Of a DNA stretch of 29,148 nucleotides, positions 20,425-29,148 are shown one piece after another (the stretch's first letter is position 1; every line of letters begins with the position of its first letter). The translations under genes were made by a program, and so were the position numbers. The notes under the pieces were generated by a model. That model did no database searches. It saw only the letters and a program-made list of their open reading frames with translations, and had not been told where the DNA came from. This DNA comes from Craspedostauros australis (taxonomy: Eukaryota), in NCBI GenBank assembly GCA_030167865.1, contig JALAGF010003405.1, positions 62,001 through 91,148 of the forward strand. Reading direction: 5' to 3'.

Positions 20425-20796
20425 ATGGGAACAGGACCATCCGCCAAGAGGCCAGGTGCCCGATCGAAGATCAAGAAGTACAAGAAGAAGACCTGGCTGT
20501 GCCACAGACGCAAGGACACGGATCAGATTCAGGATGAGATAGAAAAGGCCGAGGAGGCCGGCAAGCCCATCGCCTTCGCGTACGACGATGAATTGCCCGG
20601 CGGTGGACAATTCTACTGCGTCGAGACGGCCATGCACTTCATCGATGCCAAGGCCTTGGCGGATCACAAGAAGACGAGGTATTACAAGAAGCGTTGCAAG
20701 GAGCTCAAGCAAGAGAAGTACACGCAGGCATCGGCGGAGGCGTATGCGGGCATGACCAAGGAGGTATTGCCACCAGCACATCCGCGCAAGACGTAG
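20425..20796 (+). CDS. BUD20: BUD20/ZNF593 family 60S ribosome biogenesis/export factor (123 aa)
   Basis: RRKDTDQIQDEI...DDELPGGGQFYCVETAMHFIDAKALADHKKTRYYKKRCKELKQEKYTQASAEAYAGM matches the family motifs (RDLDQI, DLPG.GQFYC, KKR.KEL...PYTQ.EAE.AAG). ATG in ACCATGG context. Confidence 0.9.
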   Translation: MGTGPSAKRPGARSKIKKYKKKTWLCHRRKDTDQIQDEIEKAEEAGKPIAFAYDDELPGGGQFYCVETAMHFIDAKALADHKKTRYYKKRCKELKQEKYTQASAEAYAGMTKEVLPPAHPRKT

Positions 20797-21162
20797 GAGC
20801 GTCTCCTTCGTCATTTGTTGGTTGGATGAGTGGTTGGATTTTGTCTTTCTGGAACTCCGCAGCCGCTCTACACAATGTGTTGCCAGCAAGGGAGTGGTTA
20901 TCAAAGGTGCGATGGAATGGAAGAACAGGAACAAATGTTCTTGGGATGAAAGATGGTGAAAGACGGACGTCATACTCTGCTGGTCTATCGTATCATAATT
21001 GCATTTGTGCATGTTACGACAGATGCAGCGGATGGAGCGAAGGGACGCCGACGTACCATCAGGACATTTCAATCGGAAAGAGTTGTGAGACCTGGTTTCG
21101 AAAGGAGAGTGGACACCACTCTCACGATCTCAATATGGTACATTAGTCTCAGGAGGCCTCAA

Positions 21163-21178
21163 CACCACCACCACCACC

Positions 21179-21209
<31 letters not shown>
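21163..21209 (+). repeat. Compound (CAC)n(CAA)n microsatellite, intergenic
   Basis: Read directly from the sequence. Confidence 0.85.
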
Positions 21210-21738
21210 GGGATAAACTTGAAGAACAATCAGAATGGATTGGCAGAGGCACCATGCCATTGCGTGCATGTCCAGAATGATATCATCAACCTCAAACAAT
21301 GAGTGGAGCACACAATGAATACGTTTTGGCAGTCCTCTCTAGTACAGTAAAGTAGAATCAGCCTTGCAGTTGCTGCATCCGAGACCCTTGTTGCGAGTAC
21401 AGTCGTTGTGCCAGGAGCAATCACTACCTCCTTCCTCCGAAGCTGTGGCTTCGGTACGAGTTTGGTCAGCCGATTTGGACAGGACATCGAACGTGGTTGT
21501 TGTGGGTCACGAATGAAAAAATGAGTTCGATCACGGGAGTGACGTTTATCGTTCCTTTCCGTGTTCCTGCATTTGTGATGCAACCCACCAACACAGCAAC
21601 ATGGACAGGAACAGATCACTGCGGCCATCTCTTTCCAGAGTCAACCGTACCCATCCATCTATACGCTTGGGCATCTCACCCAAGCAACCACAGTCTCTTG
21701 TACAAGGACAACACGTGCCAAACATCATCCGCTCCGAC

Positions 21739-22506
21739 ATGTCCAGGATGAACAGGATGAACAGGACCTTCCCTTCTCTCAACACCATTGTTGTGGCATC
21801 GTTGTGGCTGCTGTGCATTGGAAGTGCATCGATATCCATTCCATTCGTTGAATCATTCGCACCATCACCTGGCAGTTACCATCACCATCGATTATTCACA
21901 ACAGCAACAACAGCAACAACAGCAACAACAGCAACAACAGCAACAACAACAATCGCAGGACTTCAATCATATTCGTCGTCTTGTACTGCACTGCAAGAGC
22001 AGCAGCAACCGCAAGACGGAGAGCAGGAGCAACCAAGCGATGCCAATGACCATGACCATGACAATGGCAACCAGCAGAATCCGACGGAAGATAAGGAACC
22101 CATCGTCCAGTCCACCGTGACGATGGACGACGGCGGATCCGACCTCACGGATCGCTTCAAGTACAAGGTTCAGGCCCTGATGGGCAACTTCAATCCCACG
22201 GGTGAAGACGACGAACGCCAGGATGGCAACATCCTCAACGCCATGATGAAATTCCCAGTGCGGTACACCTTCAACATCGTCGGACGCACGGAGGGCGACG
22301 ATGCCATCCAGGAAATCTACGTCGAGGATGTCAAACGGACCGTGTTAGAAACCTCCGGCGATTCCGATGGTCTGATGTGTCATGTCACGCCACGCGGCAA
22401 GAACTTCGTCAAGCTGCAATGCGAAGTCACGGTGCACAGCTCGCAGATGATCAATCAGATCTACGAGGATCTGGACAAACTCGAGCGAACGAAGATGAGG
22501 TTTTGA
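21739..22506 (+). CDS. Plastid-targeted DUF493/YbeD-like (ACT-like fold) protein; ATG candidates 21739, 21748, 21757
   Basis: Signal peptide IVVASLWLLCIGSASISIPFVES followed by FAP (ASAFAP-type cleavage motif) and a Thr/Ser-rich transit region. The C-terminal MKFPVRYTFNIVG...TPRGKNFVKLQCEVTVHSSQMINQIYEDLDKLERTKMRF resembles YbeD (FP..F.YKVMG...KGNY.SVSI...YEEL....VRM). Confidence 0.8.
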   Translation: MSRMNRMNRTFPSLNTIVVASLWLLCIGSASISIPFVESFAPSPGSYHHHRLFTTATTATTATTATTATTTIAGLQSYSSSCTALQEQQQPQDGEQEQPSDANDHDHDNGNQQNPTEDKEPIVQSTVTMDDGGSDLTDRFKYKVQALMGNFNPTGEDDERQDGNILNAMMKFPVRYTFNIVGRTEGDDAIQEIYVEDVKRTVLETSGDSDGLMCHVTPRGKNFVKLQCEVTVHSSQMINQIYEDLDKLERTKMRF

Positions 22507-22709
22507 TCAGGTGCCATCATGATTCTCTGGAGTTGAGGAGAGGGGAGTACTCACTCTTTGCGCGACGAAGATAAGAAGGCATACGTGGGGCTGCAATGGA
22601 GTGTATTCTCTCCAGAATAATAGACAAGTTGTGTTGCGATCGTAGCTACCCTGCAGTCGTTTTGTATAATAGGTATTCTGCTACTCTATTTCCTTTCCTC
22701 CTACTACGA

Positions 22710-25081
22710 TTACGTCGATATCTCTGCCGCAAGCTGCTCGACGGCCGTGTAGTTGGGCAGTCCAACGCTGAGCGTGGCAAACAGTCCCATAATGTTCGCA
22801 AAGATAATCCACAGCAGCCCTCCGCTGTGATGGTCCATGATTCTGTACCAGCAGAATATCAGCAGCAGCAGTGAAATGAATACCAGCTGCAGAGCTGAAA
22901 CGTGCGTGATGATCTCCGACCTCACGGGGCTGCCGAGCTCGTTGCGGAAGAAGTCGTGCGAGGCGCGCAGGTAGAGATCCAACGGTCGGCCTTCGGGGGA
23001 GTTGGACACCGCCTTGTAATACAGCTGGCCCTTGAGACCTGGCGTTTGCTGCACGATGATGTCGCCCTTCTTGTATCGGCGACGTGGATCCCACGGCGAT
23101 GGCGCCATGACGGTCTGCAAGGAAGGATCCGACTTGTCAATGACGGTCCACTCGCCAGCCAGGTGTCCCATGATCGCCAGGTACGATCTACTCAACGTGG
23201 CCGACTGCGCCATGAGCACCGACATCGTGATGAGGACGACGGAGATGACACACAGCACGGTGACAGTTCTGTCGGCCGCGAAGAATCCCAGTTGGTACCC
23301 GGACTGGATATCTTCTCTCAGTACGGACGTTATGCCAGAGAAGTAGAGCACCTTGGATAGCTCCCAGATCGGTGTGCCCTCCGAACACTGGCCGGTGGCA
23401 CGGCACGCGAAGCCCGTCCTTGGGAAGAAGATGCAGAGGAAGATGTTTTCGAAGATGCGAATCGAGGCAGCCTTGCAGATCAAGCGGAATCGATTCTCAT
23501 TCGCGATGGATTTGTGTCGTTCGGCCCACGGCATTTCGTTGTTCTCGCGTTGCATTCGAGATTTGGATTTCTGCAAAGTGATGATATTAACGATGATGGT
23601 ATTGGCGGTGGCAACAGCGGTTGCAACGTTGGCAATGTGAGAGGTGGGAGAAGTTTGCAGGTTGTGAAATGTTGTTTGAGATTGCCCTTCACCTTCCCGC
23701 AATTGAATGCGAGCATATGGACAATCGCATTCAAACACAGAGTACATAAAATGCAAATGAAGGCAACTCATCAATCAGCACAGCAGCAACACATCACAAC
23801 ACAGCAGCACAGTCCAGCAGCAACGCGCAATCATCGAGAGACTGCACTCACAGATGGCCCGCTCTGCACGGAGCTCTTGGCCTCGTTGCGCACGGCCTTG
23901 AGGACGTTGCAGCCAGCGACGAGATCTGGAATCGGAAGGAAGATGCGACCGAAGAGGAAGATGCTGGCCAAGGTGCCACCGCACGAAAGGAAGAATATGA
24001 CCTGCCTCCATTCCGGCCGATCCAGGCGTTTGTAGGTCCCGTGCGGCTTCATGCCCTGATCGAAGTTCATCGGGGTGCCGTTCTTGTGTGCCATGGCCAT
24101 CTGATGATTCATCGCCAGCGCTGCTGCCGCGTCTTCCGGCATGGCAGGCGTGAGTACCAGATGCCACAGGTAGAATGCCGCCACCAGCAACGGGATCAGC
24201 ATCTGCAACGGCGGACCGTAGCGCACGCCGAGTTTCCACCAAAAGTTGAAGAATTTCGTCAGCATGGATGAGGGAGACGACGGGGATGTTCCCATGGAGA
24301 GCGAGTTGGAATTCCTTTGATTGTAACGTCCCTGATTCTTCTTCTTCGACGAACGATTGCCATCGTGATTGCTGTGGCCGCCACGTGCCTTTCCGCCGCG
24401 TTTGTTCCCAACATCCATCGAATTGTTGCCACCGCCACCGCCACCAGCGCCATTTCCACTTCCACTTCCACTTGCGTTGCCACCTGAGCTATCAGGAAGG
24501 GCTGCCGTTTCCGTCTGAGCATTTTGCACTTGTCTGTTGCTGACAGTGTCACCATTGATCTTCGTGAGCAAGCCACCCATGACCAGGTTCCAAACGCTGT
24601 GGAACGGGTACAGTATCCTGATCTTGAGGTACTGGCACAAGTAGTTGATCCACGGAAACGGCTGACTGGCGGTGAAGGACGACGTCCTGCCATCATCCGC
24701 GTTGATGGTGCCAATGTGCTTGCCCACGACCTGAAAGCTGGGGCGATCGAAGTACTGTCCTGCGCCGTTGATGTGCGATGTGAGCAGATGCGCCAGCGCA
24801 CCCAGCAGGGTCGGCGAGCTGTTGGTCGATCTGTCGTGCGTGCACACCCAGCGGATGACGAGATGCCGCGACAGCCACAGCGTCGAGATGCCGACGAGGA
24901 TGGTGTCGCCTCTGGTCCCCGACGAGTACTTGTACAGCGTCGAGAGGCTGGAGATCGTGAGCATCGCCAACGACGCGAGGAGGCATGCCTCGTGCTTCAG
25001 ATGCAGCGTACTGGGGCCAGCCAGCCTGTACGTCCACTCTCTCCGCCGCCGCACCATCTCCTCCATGATGTTCATCGCCAT
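22710..25081 (-). CDS. Multi-pass membrane protein, TMEM39-like; 2 exons (25081-23852, 23570-22710)
   Basis: A phase-0 GTGAGT...TTTGCAG intron joins the two ORFs. The C-terminal half (GHLAGEW...PSPWDPRRRYKKGDIIV...LYYKAVS...P.D...HDFF...FANIMGLF) parallels the TMEM39 motif (HLGKW...W.....W.QG.LV....LYRA.G..N.A.P.D..H..F...FCNY), recalled from memory. Confidence 0.7.
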
Positions 25082-28000
25082 CTTGGCCTGTGCTGCTATA
25101 CTCCTGTGCTGCTGTGGTACTGCTGTAAGGGTGGTGTTAGTGTTACTGTTACTGTTGATGGTGTTGCTGTGGGTAACACAGAGAGTAATTCAATATAATA
25201 GAATACAATACAATATCATATAATAGGATGGATCATATCCGTACTCTCCGGATACAAGTCAGCTTCTTGGAGGCAATGCCTGTTTGCACAACGGCGCTGG
25301 TTGTGGTTGTGTGGTCGTTGTGTGTCTTTCGTTGTTTCTTGGTGGGAGCTGCGTTGTTTGTGCCAACATTTCACGATCTTTTCCTTTTCGGGGGTTGCGG
25401 CAAATAGTTCATACCTTGGTCGATTCAAACTGCGTGTCTATTCTCAACACACTAGACTGATATAATGGCCTGTAAGCTGATATGGTTCGCGAATTAGCCT
25501 ATTTCTATGCATGGTCGCGTTTCGCACGTACGTACTTGTATGAATTCAAAGCAAGCTGTTTCTTGTCCCAGTCCACATTCATGACGGATTCTCTGTGGAC
25601 GTTGTGAGGCAATACTTCAGGACCAGCTGGAAAAGTGCCCAACAATAAGATGAAAGTGCAACTTCGGGAGGCGCAGCGAGAGCGAAACTGAAACAAAGTG
25701 AGCGTTCGTTGCGTGTGTTGGCGCAGATTCGTTTCGGTTGTCCTGCAGAAGAGGCGTGGAGAGGGAATAGAACCTTCGTGGCGACTTCTTGAGGGCTGAG
25801 TCGTCGCGGACTTTGGGATGTTATGTGTTTGTGGTCCGGGGGCGCCCTTTGCGGGAAGTGGTTGTTGCGCGAGCTACTTCCTTCCTTCGCTACCACACCA
25901 TGTTTATGGCCAGTGATGTTCTTTTGCGCGCTGCAGGAATGAAGTGATTCAGATCACAAAACGGTCAACAAGCAACGCCATGGTGGGTTTTCGCAACAAA
26001 AGGGCACAGAAAATGAACACATGGTCATCTCCGGTCCAGAATGGTTTGTCCACGTTTGAATGAGAGTGTGATAAAGTAAGTAAAGTTGGGTCCTCGATGA
26101 GGACTTGCAATTGCAATTCGACGATGAGGAACTTTCATCACGGGAGAGCGCGGAGATGTCCTCGGCTCTCCACTCCAAATTGCCCTCATGGTGGTTCACG
26201 ATGTGAGCCATGCTGTCCCCGTGTTGGTTCGCATTCTGCGTGTTTTGGTGGGACCTTTGTGCGCGCAAGGGGGCAAGTGGACAGCGCAGAACAGGATTGT
26301 GTGTCCCCCTTGCCTTCCCTTCACTCCTTCTCCTCCTCGTGTTTTTTTTTTCGCTGTGTCCAGGTTTGGACGCATGGCTCACATGGAAGAAAGCCATCTG
26401 GGAATGGAGTCGCTGATTCTGAATGGCGATGCGGAAGTTTTGGCGCAAACTGCCGGTCCGTGTCATCGTCAGCAGCGGTGCTGGCGAGACAGCACCATGG
26501 CGAAAAGTGAGGACGTCATCATCTTTCTCTCTTTCGCAGGATGCGCTCCGAGGACCCTTCCCTTGGGAGGGTGCGACCTCACCCCAGATTAGAAAGGTTC
26601 TCATTCGAAGGCAGATCCTTGTGGCAACAAAGTCCAGCGTTGGGACATGACCTCATCAGTGTGTGCTCGACAGCAACAGAGCACGTTCTGTGCATTCGCA
26701 ACTGCTCTTGTGGCGACGTCTTTTCACGGTTCTGGGTTTGGATGGGCTCTGCTTCGGTTTAATTCCAACCAGGGAGCACCCTTCACGACTCTCGTGTGGG
26801 CGACGAAGCATGTTTCCCGTTATTGCATGCAAGCACGGGGCATTAGCAACTTCGCAACGTACGAGTATAAATACTCGTGAGGGTCCTATCTTCCACTTCT
26901 TGGGACGGCATCGCATCCCATGATAGCGCTGATGTCATTGCTGTTCGTTTTCAATTGTGGAAGTGCATGCGGAATGCACTCTGTGCAAGTATGGTGTATA
27001 GTGCGAAGCAGGATGACTTCAAGTCGGTTGTCTCGATGCTCCGCACCCCCTTTCAATCGTACGGATAGAGAGAACACGAGAAATGAGATGGAAATACACC
27101 TACTCTGCTCGACCATACTTCTTCCAGTCGTACCATGGAATATTGACTTGTTGTTGCTATTGTACTGTGTTGCTACTGGCTGTGGTTGGTCTGCTACATT
27201 CCCCGCCCTACTTCCCATGCTCTTGGAGCTTTGCACCTGCGACTGCATGCTTGTCACATGCTGTGCTGTGGTTGGGTGTTGATCGTAGGCGGCTCTGTCA
27301 TGCGACGACCACCCATGCATTGCTGTTGCCTTGTTGACCGCCATGAGTTGGAAACTCACTGTTTGGCCCAGCTTCCCAGTGAAGAAGATTCATCAGGGAC
27401 GGGGAAAGAGAAGACAGACAGAAACGTTGGTTGCATTTGCATTCTGAAATTGCAGTTGTGTTGGAGCTGAAAGACTGCTCCCTGCTGCCTCTTGTCTCTG
27501 TCTATCTTCAACTTGCGTTGCGTTGCCTGGAATTCGTTTGATCTGGTTGGCCACTTGTCGGCAACCATGTGAACGTGCACGTGGCGTGTGTCCTGTTGAT
27601 TGGAGTGTGCCCACCGGCGGCTCTGCCAGGCACGTTCGGGTTCGACCACCCCATTGCCCATCTTCGTCTTTCCGAGTTGGAACTGACGTTGGTTGACCCC
27701 AGTAGACGCATGAACGGGCACGTTCGTTGGATCAAGGTCCTTCACTCCCGCCTCTTCTTGTCTTTCTCTCTCTCTGTTTCTCTTGCTCTCTTCCTTGCTC
27801 GGCTGTTGTGTCTGTGATCTTTGATTGTTGCCTGTGGTGAAGGCCTATGTACCATCCGAGTACGGTATGGTCCTCGTCCGCACACGTGTCCCCATCTCGC
27901 CTTGATGCAAAATTGGATCCATGGGGCCGTGTGCTTTCGAGTACCTGTGTTTGTGTCTGTGTTTGTGTCTGTGCTTTGCTTTCCTGTGCTTTCCTGTGCC

Positions 28001-28091
28001 ATGTATCACTGTGTCTCTCTCTCTATCTTGCACTTCTATCAATGGTCGCGCCGCTGGTGCCGCAACAGATGCTCTCTCTCGCGCGCTCTCG

Positions 28092-28901
28092 CTAGAGCAC
28101 GATCTCTCCGGCCGCGACGTTCGGTAGAATGGGCGCAGCGGGAAGAGGCCCGCCAATGTGCGTGTGTGTGCGCATGTTCAATGGCCTGTGGATGGGCGAA
28201 ACAGCCATGTAGGGCGGTCGCAGGGCATGGCTGTCGTCGTTGCTCGCCGCGGCGTTGTCACCATGCCGATAGTGGCGCACAACGACCCTTGGGTATGCAG
28301 ACGTCGGAGAGCAGGCGATCGTGTTGGGGTGTGGCGCTTCGCCTGCAGTGTGAATGGCATGATCGATGACATTGCAGATCGTGGGCGGTCGCGGCGCGAT
28401 GGTGGCCACTCTGGGTCGCACGAGCGGCCGGATGCCCGTGGCTGGCACCTGCGACAGCGAGACCAGGATGCTGGAGGCCAAGGTCCTGTCGTTGTGCTCT
28501 TCGTCATCGGTCTTTCCGGTCGTGCTTGCGCCTGTGTTGGTGCCTATGGTTGTGTTCGTGGTTGGAGAGGCCAGTCGCTGTCTCTTGCGCTCTCTGCCTT
28601 CCTCGACCTTCACTGGCTTGGCGTGGACTTGCCGTTGCTGTTGCTGCTGAAGGCAATGACGATGATGATGACGATCGTGACGATCGTGACTGTATCCATG
28701 GTGGTGTTGCTGCGCTCGAAGCTGCCGGTGGTGGTACTGCTGGGATTGATCATCTTGGCGCGGCGCAGAGCTTGCGGAGCGCGCAGATGGACGGGGCTTG
28801 CCTGCTGTGCCGCCATCGTCGTGGTTGTTGTCAGGCTCAATCAATGCTGGCGCATTGCGGAGGGGTGCCCAGCGGTTCGCATGGCTGGTCTTGTCGCTCA
28901 T
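28092..28901 (-). CDS. Hypothetical low-complexity (Q/H-rich) nuclear protein
   Basis: 269-codon ORF from ATG 28901 with a basic NLS-like RERKRQR, a short amphipathic LASSILVSLS and a C-terminal GGPLPAAPILP. No recognisable domain. Confidence 0.55.
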   Translation of the reverse strand: MSDKTSHANRWAPLRNAPALIEPDNNHDDGGTAGKPRPSARSASSAPRQDDQSQQYHHRQLRAQQHHHGYSHDRHDRHHHRHCLQQQQQRQVHAKPVKVEEGRERKRQRLASPTTNTTIGTNTGASTTGKTDDEEHNDRTLASSILVSLSQVPATGIRPLVRPRVATIAPRPPTICNVIDHAIHTAGEAPHPNTIACSPTSAYPRVVVRHYRHGDNAAASNDDSHALRPPYMAVSPIHRPLNMRTHTHIGGPLPAAPILPNVAAGEIVL

Positions 28902-29148
28902 CTTGGTTGCAGTTCTCGAACGGTGTGCGGTGTCTGTGTGGTGTCTGTGTCGGTTCCGGCGATGACTGGTTTTCTTGCTTGCTTGTTTGGTTGCTTGTCC
29001 TGATTGTGAGATTATGGTTGCGGTTGTGATTGTGAAGGCGGCGATTGTGGGGTTGCGGGGTTGTGGGTACAATGACACAATGACACAATGGACTATTGCT
29101 GCTGTTGCACGGGCCACGATGGGAGAAGAGTCCGAGGGGGGGGGGGGG

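Noticed and set aside
25200-28000. Several 100-216 aa ORFs and a TG/CA-rich patch (~26900-27400) suggesting a gene or TE relic
   Set aside because: No recognisable domain, terminal repeats or consistent frame. Treated as intergenic.
29136-29148. Terminal run of 13 G
   Set aside because: At the window edge; likely a homopolymer or sequencing/assembly artefact, not interpretable.

Overview
Gene-dense eukaryotic genomic DNA, most likely from a diatom or related stramenopile. This is inferred from the short GT-AG introns, a VES-FAP (ASAFAP-type) plastid presequence and the low-complexity Q/T/D tracts. About ten genes are supported: a spliced MARCH6/Doa10 ERAD E3 ligase (3' truncated by the window), a small protein with a 'VRF..IEIREY...LDW' motif, a 1469-aa intronless polyQ STAND/AAA-ATPase, a YceF-type Maf pyrophosphatase, two divergently transcribed paralogous bZIP factors, a BUD20/ZNF593 homologue, a plastid-targeted DUF493/YbeD-like protein, a two-exon TMEM39-like membrane protein and a low-complexity hypothetical protein. 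The best find is in the minus-strand bZIP gene (17342-16095). Its ORF stops at ...RPIA*, but an in-frame acidic activation-like tail lies downstream. Removing 183 nt (16585-16403) that lack a GT donor fuses the two. The 3' cut sits in a CUUC-CAG|CAGC-GAAG 7-nt loop, the 5' cut sits in a hairpin, and the flanking exons base-pair with each other. This is the architecture of IRE1-spliced HAC1/XBP1 mRNAs, suggesting a diatom unfolded-protein-response switch. A UPRE-like TGACGTGG lies upstream of the ERAD ligase in the same window. All family assignments come from motif recognition, without database searches.
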